A stretch of 64,000 nt of DNA from a virus (lineage: Duplodnaviria > Caudoviricetes), in the IMG/VR virus record IMGVR_UViG_2840526738_000004, positions 1 to 64,000 of that record; one strand, given 5' to 3'. This document shows positions 21,571 to 32,076 of the stretch, in pieces; within the stretch, counting starts at the first letter, position 1, and every line of letters starts with the position of its first letter. The notes under the pieces were generated by a model, which saw nothing but the letters and a program-made list of their open reading frames with translations, did no database searches and was not told the DNA's origin. A program made the translations under genes and the position numbers.

Positions 21571-22471
21571 AACCTTCTAATACGACATAGTCTGATGCGC
21601 ATGAATCTAAATAGCACATAAGCTCTTTGTTTAGTACTTTAGCCTTACAACTATTGTAAAAATCTTCTCCCCTTACTACTTCCAACTTAGTACCTACTTC
21701 TAAAACATTTCCACGACGACGAGTACATCCAAATTTTCTATTAGTTAGCATAATATATTCCCCTGCTTTAGCAAATCTAATAGCAGCTCTGTAGACAAAC
21801 TCAACATCTTCTTTGTAAACTGTAACATCACCTTTAAATCCATCTTCAATCTCAATTTCAACAACTACTGTATCATCTTCGACTTCCTTTATATGTCCGT
21901 AATATCCACTACAAATGTTTACCTTTACTCTGTCATTAGGTTGTAGAACAAATTCTTTACTTTGTTCTTCGTTTTCCTCTTCAACTAGAACTTTTTCAGT
22001 GTCATTAAGACCTAATCCAAATAATCTCGCAAACGCATAACTTGCACCTGTTTTAAAGTCAAACTCATCTGATGAATTTAATCTTGCGGTTCCTTCCTTA
22101 ACTACTTCACCATGTTCGATTAGTTTTGCAATAGTATTTTTTCCATCTGTTGTGATTTCAACTTTTGGAAATTCTTCTTCCCATTCAATATCACTACATC
22201 TAACAAATTCCACATCATCTTGAAAGGCGTATATTTCTATTGTTGGAATATATAACACACCTATTCTAATTCCTGACCAATTTCGACCATACATAAGATA
22301 CTTTAAATCTTCCTTAGGTTCAAACTTATCATAATCCAAAAAATCTCCACTAGCCCATCTAAACCCATTTTTATCTAATTTTTTAAATATTTTTTCATTT
22401 ATTTCATCATTTTCCATTCTTAATACTATTTTTTCTTTTCTAAAAAATTCGATAAATTCTTTTTCTGTCAC
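21542..22471 (-). CDS. Modular hypothetical protein
   Basis: Contains ARLNSSDEFDF.TGA..AF.RL and AKAGEYI modules. Confidence 0.6.
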   Translation of the reverse strand: MTEKEFIEFFRKEKIVLRMENDEINEKIFKKLDKNGFRWASGDFLDYDKFEPKEDLKYLMYGRNWSGIRIGVLYIPTIEIYAFQDDVEFVRCSDIEWEEEFPKVEITTDGKNTIAKLIEHGEVVKEGTARLNSSDEFDFKTGASYAFARLFGLGLNDTEKVLVEEENEEQSKEFVLQPNDRVKVNICSGYYGHIKEVEDDTVVVEIEIEDGFKGDVTVYKEDVEFVYRAAIRFAKAGEYIMLTNRKFGCTRRRGNVLEVGTKLEVVRGEDFYNSCKAKVLNKELMCYLDSCASDYVVLEGYDPERFPDA

Positions 22472-22969
22472 TTATTTTCCTTTCCGTATATAGACTTCAT
22501 GCCATTGTACACCATACTGTTCACTCTCAGCTTCCGAGCCATAGAACAAGTCAATGATGTTTCCTTTAATCGCTCCACCTGTATCTTCTGCAATGTATAC
22601 TTGTCCATCAAATTTAACCTCAGAACCAAGCGGAATGATATTTGGATCTACAGCAATCGTTCTTCCTTTTTGTGGAACCGTTCCACTGAACGTTAGTCCA
22701 CCACAACCAACACAATCTGAACCATAAGCAGTAATCTTGAATGTTCCTAAAATTACCCATTCTTCTACCTTTTTCTTAGGCTTTACTTGCTTTTTAGTTT
22801 CTTTTTTAATTGGTTGTTTTATGATTTTCATTACTTTACTACGAAAATCATCCTTTTCCTTTGCAATAAATGGTTTCTTTTCAATCGCCTTTGTGAATTT
22901 TCTTTTATCAGGCATAATACTCATAGAAAACATCATGCAAACCGCTAATATAATTTTCGTTAATTTGAT
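22472..22969 (-). CDS. Secreted 3D-domain (MltA-like) cell-wall protein
   Basis: TAY...IAVDPNIIPLGS...AEDTGGAIKGNIIDL. The frame extends upstream to an ATC codon behind GAGGTG, completing a signal peptide (start inferred). Confidence 0.85.
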   Translation of the reverse strand: MKLTKIILAVCMMFSMSIMPDKRKFTKAIEKKPFIAKEKDDFRSKVMKIIKQPIKKETKKQVKPKKKVEEWVILGTFKITAYGSDCVGCGGLTFSGTVPQKGRTIAVDPNIIPLGSEVKFDGQVYIAEDTGGAIKGNIIDLFYGSEAESEQYGVQWHEVYIRKGK

Positions 22970-23125
22970 ACAATCACCTCAATCTGTAATATTCACATGT
23001 TTTTACAGGAACACATTTCCCGTCAATATACATATTTTCAATAATCTTGTATCTATATGCAAATTGTAACCAGTGCTTATTTCCATCAATCATGATTGGT
23101 TTCCATAAGAACACTTTACTTTTTT

Positions 23126-23623
23126 CTACCATTCGTCATCTTCCTCTAGCATCTTTGAAAGGTCTACTTGCTTATTGTCATGAAATGTTGCTTTATATTC
23201 AATTTCAAATGCAAGTTTATTTTCTTTTTCTTCCCTCTGTTTCTTGCGTTCAATGATATCCTGAATACGATTTTCGACTGAACCAAAGCCCCAGAAACCA
23301 CCTTGTGTATCAATACATTCATTAAGTGCATAAATCATGTCACTGTATGAATATCCTTGTTCCTTAAGTTTCTTGATACGAGGTGTAAGTGCTTTAAAGT
23401 TCAATCTAACATTAGGATTTTCCTGATAGAAACCTTTTGGACATTCATTGCGATATTTGACAATGAGGTCTGTTAGCTTTTTGTAATCTTCCTTTTCTTG
23501 TTCAGATAATGTTCTATCAACTTTGCTTTTAGGACACTTTTTGTGACATAGGTTGCCATCGACTAGCAATACATTCTTGCTAGTCCTGACAACTTTTCTA
23601 CCACATAATGGACAAATATCCAT
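23126..23623 (-). CDS. Zn-finger-containing hypothetical (possible helicase loader/replication protein)
   Basis: CPLC...CHKKC; lies in the replication cluster. Confidence 0.5.
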   Translation of the reverse strand: MDICPLCGRKVVRTSKNVLLVDGNLCHKKCPKSKVDRTLSEQEKEDYKKLTDLIVKYRNECPKGFYQENPNVRLNFKALTPRIKKLKEQGYSYSDMIYALNECIDTQGGFWGFGSVENRIQDIIERKKQREEKENKLAFEIEYKATFHDNKQVDLSKMLEEDDEW

Positions 23624-23624
23624 C

Positions 23625-24407
23625 CTAACCTCTTTCGCACAGAGGTAAATATCCGTGTTCTTTTAACAAGTTGTAAATGAACATTCTACCTTTCTGAGTC
23701 CACTTAGTAGTTGTGAATGCGTGTGATACACCACGTCTATCTTCTCTGTATGATGTATCTGATTCTGTATATCCTAAATCAGAATACTGAGAATATAACA
23801 ACCATTGTTTATTGACCTTGTACTGAACACCTAAATCATGCAATAAATTATTAAAGAACATAGCAGAATATCCATAATCTTTCGCAATCTGTGAGGCTGT
23901 TATGCAGTCCTTAGTTTGAAGAATGATTTCACAGTATTCAGCTTTTGGTTGTAGTTCTCCAATTTTCTCATCTTTTGCTTTATTTTCAATTTTTAACTGT
24001 TCATTCAGTTCAACTTCATCTGCCAGTTTTCTAAGTGCATCAGGTAATGTCTTTGGCAGTTCAAACATTTCTTTAACTTTAAAGTATGTATCTTCTAAGT
24101 TATCAAATTGTTCCCATGCTTTATCAGTATCCAAAATTTTGCAATGGCGATCAGCACCTTTTTCAGTCCAAAGATATAGGATAGATGCAAATTTAATTGA
24201 AGGGTCGTTACTATTAGTTACCATCCTTTTAAATTCCTTTAAATCATCGCCTTTTAACACATAATAGTGTTTTCCAGCAACAAAACGTTCTTTATTTCTG
24301 TTGAAATTAGTTTTAATATTTGTTTCTGATGTTTCATAAACCTCAGCTAATTGCTGGGTTGTCAATACTCTTTGATTAGAGTATTCAATTACTTGTAATT
24401 CTTCCAC
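23625..24407 (-). CDS. Antirepressor, ORF6N domain + KilAC domain
   Basis: RVLTTQQLAEVYET...NFNRNKERF...YLWTEKGA.RHCKILDTDKAWE; QPKAEYC...KWTQKGR. Confidence 0.9.
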   Translation of the reverse strand: MEELQVIEYSNQRVLTTQQLAEVYETSETNIKTNFNRNKERFVAGKHYYVLKGDDLKEFKRMVTNSNDPSIKFASILYLWTEKGADRHCKILDTDKAWEQFDNLEDTYFKVKEMFELPKTLPDALRKLADEVELNEQLKIENKAKDEKIGELQPKAEYCEIILQTKDCITASQIAKDYGYSAMFFNNLLHDLGVQYKVNKQWLLYSQYSDLGYTESDTSYREDRRGVSHAFTTTKWTQKGRMFIYNLLKEHGYLPLCERG

Positions 24408-24437
24408 TACTTAACTCCTTTACCCTCTAACTCACGG

Positions 24438-24557
24438 TCAATTTGACCCTGAGTCTGTGAATTGCCGACTCTGCTTATCATCAAGATCAACATGTTTTTT
24501 CAATGTATTAGATATATCCATATGATATTTGTATTTACCTTTATATCTTTTTCGCAT
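24438..24557 (-). pseudogene. 39-aa Bro-N-like remnant ending in two palindromes
   Basis: Manual translation ...NTLKKHVDLDDKQSRQFTDSGSN*, resembling the Bro-N 'AI.KHVD.EDK' segment. Confidence 0.45.
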
Positions 24558-24910
24558 TATGCCTCTCCTTTAAATTCAATGAAATGTGCGAATAATTCAT
24601 CATTTAATTCATCTAGTGAATAAAATTTACCATATCGAATATCATTATTACTCATAAGAAATCCTTTGTTTACTTCATACACCTTACCTACTGTAAAATT
24701 ACTATCGCTTGATTTTACACATACAATATCATTACTATATGATTTTTTATAATTAGTATCATTTGCATATGCATATGAAGCAATTAAATCTAGCAGGTCA
24801 TTACTAATATCGTTCACGTTCTTACTAGAATTTAAAATAAATGATTCTTCCATACAATTGACTTCCATTTCTTTTACTATTTGAAAATTTATATTTAATT
24901 CTACTTTCAT
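24557..24910 (-). CDS. Hypothetical protein
   Basis: ORF with RBS. Confidence 0.55.
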   Translation of the reverse strand: MKVELNINFQIVKEMEVNCMEESFILNSSKNVNDISNDLLDLIASYAYANDTNYKKSYSNDIVCVKSSDSNFTVGKVYEVNKGFLMSNNDIRYGKFYSLDELNDELFAHFIEFKGEA

Positions 24911-24935
24911 TCCTTTACCTTTCCTTTATATATAA

Positions 24936-24956
24936 AGGGTAGAACTTGTCTACCCT
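24936..24956 (-). terminator. Hairpin terminator after the ATPase gene
   Basis: AGGGTAGAC-AA-GTTCTACCCT followed by TTATAT on the minus strand. Confidence 0.65.
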
Positions 24957-24969
24957 ATTGATCATCTTC

Positions 24970-26097
24970 CTACGCCTTATATTTTTCAATAAAGCCCATC
25001 AATGCTTCTGCATTGGTTGTATCTTTAATTTTTTCACTGCCTAGGAATTCTTTAACCTTAGCTTTAGCAACATCTAGTCCTTCTGCTGACTTAATTGCCA
25101 TTCTTACTGTTTTAGCTTCTTCACGTAATGTTTCGATATCAGGCATTGGTTTAGCAACTTCTTCTGATGATGTTACTTCTTCTTCAATTTCATCCTCATT
25201 TTCCACTTCTGTCCCAATTTCTTCGCCTTCATCTTCATCTTCGTCATCATCTAAACCAACTTTAACTGGTTCTTTGACTGGAAGTTTATTGTTATCAGCA
25301 TTTGGGTTGCTTACATCTCCACCATCATCTTGAATTTTCTGAGTTACACGTACACCTTCATTAAATGCTTCAAGGAATTTATCAACCCCTTCTTCAACAT
25401 CATCAAAGTCAATGTACTCAGGCAATCCATATAATGGAACTTTAAGTTTTAGCATTGGATGACCATGCAACCATAAACGTCTGAATTCGTGTTTTTTACC
25501 ATCTTCATCTGTTTCATTAACAACTTCCATATACATAATGAAGTCACAATCACCCTGAACTAAGTGTTTAATCTGATTGATTGTATCAGGAACAACCTGA
25601 TCATACTCATTACCTGTTGCTGTTGTAATCTTTCTTTGTTTATCATGCGATACAAAGTTGACAATCAACCCCATATTACGTAAATCACGAATTTCATCTG
25701 TGAATCCTTGTCCAATGACGTTATACTGGTCACCTTTCAATTCATCCCATCCATTTTCATCCATGATATATTTTTTACACATTTTAGCAGCTTCACCAAC
25801 TGTATCAATGATAGTGCTATCAAATGGTAATGCTTTGCCTTCTTTAATTTGCTTTTTGGTCTGTTTTTTGAACTGAAGGAATTCTTTCCAATTCTTGAAT
25901 TGAATTACCTTTAACCCAACTACCGACTTAAATCTATCCTCGAAACCACATGTAAATGTTCTTCCTTGACGTTTCATTAAAGAATTCATAAATGTAGTTT
26001 TTCCAGATCCATCAGTACCAACTAAATTAATACTGTAGTGGTTGATATTTCCATCAATCGGCTGAACAGCCAATTCCCATAAATTAAAGTTAGACAC
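24970..26097 (-). CDS. AAA_24 / Sak4-like ATPase (recombination)
   Basis: GTDGSGKT, IIDTV, FVSHDK, CDFI.Y; acidic C-terminal linker. Confidence 0.85.
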   Translation of the reverse strand: MSNFNLWELAVQPIDGNINHYSINLVGTDGSGKTTFMNSLMKRQGRTFTCGFEDRFKSVVGLKVIQFKNWKEFLQFKKQTKKQIKEGKALPFDSTIIDTVGEAAKMCKKYIMDENGWDELKGDQYNVIGQGFTDEIRDLRNMGLIVNFVSHDKQRKITTATGNEYDQVVPDTINQIKHLVQGDCDFIMYMEVVNETDEDGKKHEFRRLWLHGHPMLKLKVPLYGLPEYIDFDDVEEGVDKFLEAFNEGVRVTQKIQDDGGDVSNPNADNNKLPVKEPVKVGLDDDEDEDEGEEIGTEVENEDEIEEEVTSSEEVAKPMPDIETLREEAKTVRMAIKSAEGLDVAKAKVKEFLGSEKIKDTTNAEALMGFIEKYKA

Positions 26098-26100
26098 TTA

Positions 26101-26889
26101 TTATTCGTCGTCCTCGTTACTAGCGAAATCTTTTACAATAAGGTTTTTATCTCCTTGTTTAAGCTTTTTCGCTTCCTTATATAACTGCTGGTCGCATTTT
26201 TCAACATCTTCTTGTGATTTTCTAATTATACCGCCATGTACTTGATATTCACGTACACCGTCATTCATATAGTCGCCATATTTGTCTTTCTTACTAAGAC
26301 TACTAATGATATCTCCTTTAACTTCGATGTAATCACCTTTATTAACATCTTCAAATTTTTCCAACATTTTCTCGCCACGAACGTATACAGTTTTATATTG
26401 AACGCCTGAAACTTCATCTTGTTTATTTCTATAACTGTAAAATCCGATTTTGATTTTAATGAATTCTAGTTCATCCTCATCATCTTCAACTTTATTTACA
26501 GCATCAACAAATCCTGTAATATTGAATGTCGCATAATCATCTTCATCTTCTGATGTATACAAGCCGTTAACCGTATGATTTTCATATAATTCGCCTTTAT
26601 CATTTACGAATTCATCACAATTACCATAAATGTATACTTTAACATTTCTTGACTTGTTGTTATTGTTCTTGTCTAAGAAAAAGCTTTCTAATGCTCCAAG
26701 CGTTGTATCTTCCTTATTAATTTTTAAATTTTTTCGATCATACAGAACACCTCTTATATAGCTTTCTGTACCGTTGTCTAAAACTCTAAAGATCATATCC
26801 GCTTTCTTCTTTTTCGTTTGTTTTGTTTCTCCCGGTTTGAAATTTGTTACGATTCCTTTGATTGTAATTCTGTTTTCAGTTTTTAACAC
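26101..26889 (-). CDS. Single-stranded DNA-binding protein (double OB fold)
   Basis: Two OB-like halves and acidic tail FASNEDDE; adjacent to the ATPase. Confidence 0.65.
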   Translation of the reverse strand: MLKTENRITIKGIVTNFKPGETKQTKKKKADMIFRVLDNGTESYIRGVLYDRKNLKINKEDTTLGALESFFLDKNNNNKSRNVKVYIYGNCDEFVNDKGELYENHTVNGLYTSEDEDDYATFNITGFVDAVNKVEDDEDELEFIKIKIGFYSYRNKQDEVSGVQYKTVYVRGEKMLEKFEDVNKGDYIEVKGDIISSLSKKDKYGDYMNDGVREYQVHGGIIRKSQEDVEKCDQQLYKEAKKLKQGDKNLIVKDFASNEDDE

Positions 26890-26894
26890 TAATT

Positions 26895-27131
26895 TTACCT
26901 TTCCGTTACCTGAATCTTGTTTAATGTTGTCTTAAATTCCTCAAAGTCTTGCGCAAGTTGCTCCATTACCTTTAAATCTTCTTCACTGTTCTTATCCACT
27001 TTGTCGGATATATCTGTCGCAACTCTAGCAAGCTTTAGTGCCAATTGCTGGCTTAATTCGCCTGTTTCATACATCACCTCCAATACAGTTAATTCATCTT
27101 CGATAATTCTTTTGACGTTATCACTACACAT
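26895..27131 (-). CDS. Hypothetical coiled-coil protein
   Basis: Likely starts at MCSDN after the GAAGGAG RBS rather than at the track start inside the repeat. Confidence 0.55.
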   Translation of the reverse strand: MCSDNVKRIIEDELTVLEVMYETGELSQQLALKLARVATDISDKVDKNSEEDLKVMEQLAQDFEEFKTTLNKIQVTER

Positions 27132-27147
27132 GTTACTTTCTCCTTCT

Positions 27148-27175
27148 TGTTTAGTTGTATAAAGTTCGAGCATTA
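27148..27175. repeat. 28-bp direct repeat, copy 1 (dif-like 11-6-11 site)
   Basis: TGTTTAGTTGT-ATAAAG-TTCGAGCATTA; 27/28 identical to copy 2. Confidence 0.9.
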
Positions 27176-27189
27176 TAAATCATAAGGTG

Positions 27190-28008
27190 TTAGTCACACC
27201 TTTGCTTTATATACTCATTTAAAGATATTAAATTATAATAACTCCCACCAATATTCCTATAAACATTGTTTGGCGTATCATATTTAAGTAACTCTGCCTT
27301 CTTTGAGTTTCTAATATCTTCAAGTGTGAACATCGTAAGGCATTTACTTTGAAGTTCTTTTTTCAGAGTTGTTATGATGCTCACTGGACTTAATTTTGTT
27401 GACACTCTACTTTGGAAAAAGTATCCTTCACGTTCTCTTTTTTCTTTTCCTCGTATTTCTCTACGTTTATTCCAAGTTTTTATTTTATTACATAATTCAA
27501 TATCATAATTTTTCATATATTTATATAGATCATAGGACATTGTCTTTCCCAAACACTTTTTGTTTAAAAAATCAATGTCATCAGTTTTTAAATTTAATAC
27601 ATCATCTACTTTAAATAAATATTCATATACAAGCAGAATATAACATGCAATTGAAACATCAACTTCTGAAGCTATATCCAATATTTCATTCTTAGAAAGT
27701 ATTGTAAATTCATCTTTTCCTTGATCGAGTCGAACTTCTTTTAATGTGTATTTTAGAGTTCCAAGCCCTTTTTCCTCTAAATACATCTTGAATTTCTCTA
27801 AAGAGTATTGTTTCAAATATAGAGTTGCTGAACTATCTTCATTTTTACTTTCTTGTAAGAATATTTCGCAATCACTTTTACTAGGTACTATGAAATCTTC
27901 ACTTGTAATTAACTTTGATATGTTGAATTTATAATTTTTTGCTGTTCTCTCAGAGTTAGTTATGCACACATAATTATAAAAGTCATTCAAAACTTCTTTG
28001 GTTTTCAT
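27190..28008 (-). CDS. Degenerate tyrosine-recombinase-fold protein (possible repressor)
   Basis: SAM-like N-terminus (SERTAKNY) and catalytic-domain layout, but G.R becomes YLFK and HxxR becomes EDIR. Confidence 0.7.
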   Translation of the reverse strand: MKTKEVLNDFYNYVCITNSERTAKNYKFNISKLITSEDFIVPSKSDCEIFLQESKNEDSSATLYLKQYSLEKFKMYLEEKGLGTLKYTLKEVRLDQGKDEFTILSKNEILDIASEVDVSIACYILLVYEYLFKVDDVLNLKTDDIDFLNKKCLGKTMSYDLYKYMKNYDIELCNKIKTWNKRREIRGKEKREREGYFFQSRVSTKLSPVSIITTLKKELQSKCLTMFTLEDIRNSKKAELLKYDTPNNVYRNIGGSYYNLISLNEYIKQRCD

Positions 28009-28040
28009 TTTAGTTCCTCCATATTTGTAAAATTAATAGC

Positions 28041-28068
28041 TGTTTAGTTGTATAAACTTCGAGCATTA
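28041..28068. repeat. 28-bp direct repeat, copy 2
   Basis: TGTTTAGTTGT-ATAAAC-TTCGAGCATTA. Confidence 0.9.
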
Positions 28069-28081
28069 ATTTATGACTGAA

Positions 28082-28110
28082 TTATATATCTTAAATCTAT
28101 AGAAGTCAAC
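28082..28110 (-). promoter_or_regulatory. Strong sigma-A promoter for the recombinase-like/SSB/ATPase unit
   Basis: TTGACT-17 nt-TATAAT on the minus strand. Confidence 0.8.
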
Positions 28111-28143
28111 GCTTTTAAGGGATATTTTTCCATTTTTTGGAAA

Positions 28144-31100
28144 TTATGCGAAATCTTCTAGTGTTTTCTCGTATTTAGGCTTATAATCGTAATCTTTATA
28201 GCTACAAAGTTTAGGATCAGTAATTCTACTTATCGTCTTTTCGTTGTAGTTTGTATTTAAAGCGTCAATAAATTTTTGAAGATATGAAACTTTAGCCTTG
28301 TAAAATCTACGCTCATCTCTAATTTTTTTTAAATCCCATGCAATCGGTATTAATTCCTTTGCTGTAGAAACTTTTTCCATTTCATGAAGTAACTTCTGTT
28401 GTTCAATATTACATTGTCCAACAGCCTTGTATGCCTCATTATATTCATCTTTCGCATCCTTAATCATTAACCCGATCGTCTTTGGATAATTGTTAAATGT
28501 AAATCTACCGCATTTCTCCTGTATCATTGTTGTTCTCCTGTTCTTCCATTCTGCTTATTCGTGATGATAGAATAACGCTAGCACATATTCCAACCATTCC
28601 TAACACCACTAAACATGAGATAGCAAAATGCCACTATAACTATAAACAATTTCATTGGCATTCATTCTCCATAAAATACTTTTCAAAACATTCCTCGCAT
28701 TTATGACAGCATTTATCATCCCAATTAGGAGGACATTCTTTTTCGTATCTTGCTAATCTTGCGAACATCTTCTTGTATTTCTCATGTGCAGCACGTTGTT
28801 CTTCATACATTTCCTGTTTGACCTTATTTACACGCTTTAATTCCTGTATCTCTGCTAATAAACGCTCACGATCTTCAAGGATATCAGTAATTCCACTCAT
28901 TTATTCTTCTCCTATATTTTTCTTTATAAAGTATAAAATTCTTTTTGCACTTTCTACTTCTAAGTAGATATCAGAATGTCCATAGTTTATTGCATCTTTT
29001 ATTAGGACTTCTAACTCTCTCACACTGTCTTTTGCAGACTGTTCATCTACATCATCTGGTTCCATGTCATCATCACTCCAATCCAACGCTTGACCACAAT
29101 CATCACAAAATTTTTTTGGAAATCCTATAGAAGTAATCGGAAAGAACAACTTCTTACAATTAGGACACGAATATTGTCCATTCCATATTTCAATTCTTTT
29201 TGGTTTGGATTTATCTACTAATTCTTGTAACGTGTCAATATCTTCTTGATGTTTATAAACTATTGGTTCTTCAAAATTTTCAGCCATTTGCAACTGTGCG
29301 CTAGACCAAGCATCTGTTGGTTCTTTTAAATTATCTAATGCTTCTTGGTATTCATTCATATTTATCACTCCTTAGGTAATTCAGCACGAACACCGTCTTT
29401 GCTTTCATGGATAATAAATTTTCCATCTCCTGTAAATTGAATACCTGATTTATCTTGTTGTACGATGTACACTTCTGGTTTTTCATCTGCATGCATTGGT
29501 CTATATGTACACCAAATCATTTCATCATCTTGAATGTTGTAATTAATAAATTTATATCCATCTGGAATATTAATATCTTTTGTTCCACCATATTGTGTTA
29601 CAATACCATTGCTTCCACATCCACACAAAAGTGTAGCTAATATTCCAATCATTAATACTTTTTTCATTGCTTCTCACTCCTCTCTATAACCTTTCAAAAT
29701 CAACTAAACAACCATTTTCATCTGTGTTAAAATCACTCAAAGCAAAGAATGTGCCTTCTACATTTACACCTAAAATTGGTTGCGTATCATAAAACTTCTC
29801 AACTTTGTATATCTTACATTCTTCAATATCATTTACACATTTGATTTTACTTCCAGCGATAATTCGCTTTCCTAGACGGTCTTTCATCAATATTGTTCCT
29901 CTACGGCATTTAACTTTTTACCTCTAAATCTTTTGTTTAAATCTACTACAGCATCTGCAAATCTGCCTTTATAGATATAAGTACCCATATAAACACAAAC
30001 TTGTTCAATTATACCTTCTTGATTAATATAAACATAACCTCTTGTGGCGCATAGATATTTAATCAGCATAATACATCCATCTTCATTGTCTTCTGCTTTC
30101 ACTAAATAATGTTCACCAAAATACTTATTACTTTTGTCATTAACCAATGTATCCAGATATTCGGTAAATTCACACTTATATGCTCTCATGTGTTTCACTT
30201 CTCCATTCTTCAAACTCAACGCACTTCAAGCGTTGATTTACTAAATTCATTGATGATATAGCTTCATAAACCTTATCTCCAACACAAAGATCAATATAAG
30301 TTGCATATGTACCATGGCAAGAACAACCCCATCTCTTAATAGGAACTTTCAGCCTGAACACATCCCCAACCTTTAAATCCTTAAATCCTTTGCTTGTTGT
30401 TTTCTTTAGTATCTTTTTAACCACATAATACGGTGTATATGCATAAATTACATCATTTTCCATTGTTTCTTTCCTCTACCAATCTGCACATTTCCTCAAT
30501 ATCTTCACGTTTATTGCAATAAACATCAATATAATGGTCTTCTACATGAATTCTTGTGTGCCACATAAATATTTGTAACTCAGCAAAAGTTGCCATGTTA
30601 ATTTTTTGCATTGCAATCACCACCGTTCTTATTAAACTGCTCTTTATTCAGTTTTCGTTGCTTTTGTTTGTATTTACAATTACCACCTATACAAACTCTG
30701 TGAGTACATGTATTGCAAGCTACTTCATAATGTCCACACGTTGGGCATTTTTCTATCATGTGTGTCATCTCGTGGTAATCACCACAATATGTACAGAGTT
30801 CGTCTGATGGTTCTAATAACGGTTCGATTTCAATGTCTTTTCTCATTTAAGTTTCCTCCTTGATTACGTACCTTTTTATGTTGTATCCACTTTTCTTGTT
30901 CTTAATATCCTTGTACTGGATATCGTAATATGCCTTACACTGGCTAACTAAGTAAAGCGGTAGCTCAACACCAAATTTATAAACAATCTTCCCTTTGATA
31001 TCGCTCAAAGTTGCGTTTTCAATGCATAATCCTTCAATTCCTAAATTATGCAAATACTTGATCAATGTCTTATCACACCCTACTAATACAACGTTGTTAG

Positions 31101-32076
31101 TTTCAAGGTAATAACTAGCAGCATATGTGAGTTCATAGAGTGCATTCTTCTTTGTATCACGCTCAATATTAAATCTAAGGAATGAATCTTGTGTAATTGC
31201 AACGTAAACGTCAACTCCATCAGCATAAGCCTTCTTTGCATGCGCACGATTTACAACTGTCAAATTCAAATTTTGAGGTAATCTTTCTACTAATTCCATA
31301 AAAACACACTCCTTTCCCTCATAAAATTTGTTAATTTTATACCCATTTTAGGGGTGAAAAAAGTACGTTTCGGCTATTTAAAGGCTTCTGCGTACTTGTT
31401 CAAAATTCTATTTAATTTCATTTCTTGTTGATTTAAACCTTCTTTATAATTACCATACGACATTTCACGGTATAATGATGCTTTCCATTCATAATATATT
31501 GTATCAATAGATATAATTAGATAAGCTAAGCAATGCAGATTATCAGCAAACTTATTATATATATAATTATATACGTAATTTTTACCTTTGAATTCTTCAA
31601 CAACTGCAATAATTGCTTGATTTTCAATTAAATATAGACCTGAATTTCCCTCTACACAAGTTGAATCATCACTCTTGACCAATAACAATTCATAAAATGA
31701 AAGTTTAGCTAACTTTTTATATTGTTCCGCTGTAATTTCTAAATCTTTGTCTAAATCTTCAAAATCTAAGTCTAAATCAATCTTATTCATCATAAGCTCC
31801 TTCCACTGTTATAACAATTCTGTTACATCCTGATAAATACTGAAATTCAATTTCATCAACTTCACTAGTTGCCAATGCTCTTATAATATCATTAAAATCA
31901 GGTAATGCTTTTATATTTCCAATATCATTCATTTCATCAGAGGAAACAATATAAAGTCCATGTGCCAACTCATATAAATTAAATTGTTCATGTCCTTCAT
32001 AATTCCAGCCTACTCCATTTTTACTAAAGTATTTAACATCATATCTCGTTGCCATTTTAATCCTCCTTGGCATCAA
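28144..32076 (-). CDS. Run of about 12 small hypothetical genes, including a Zn-ribbon protein (28901-29368) and a lipoprotein (29365-29667)
   Basis: Coupled ORFs; CPNC...C..CGQ in 28901-29368; lipobox LLCGC in 29365-29667. Confidence 0.6.

Noticed and set aside
24445-24453. GACCCTGAG 9-mer shared with the dnaE insert (opposite orientation)
   Set aside because: Only 9 bp, plausible by chance, and recombination between the two sites would not rebuild dnaE.
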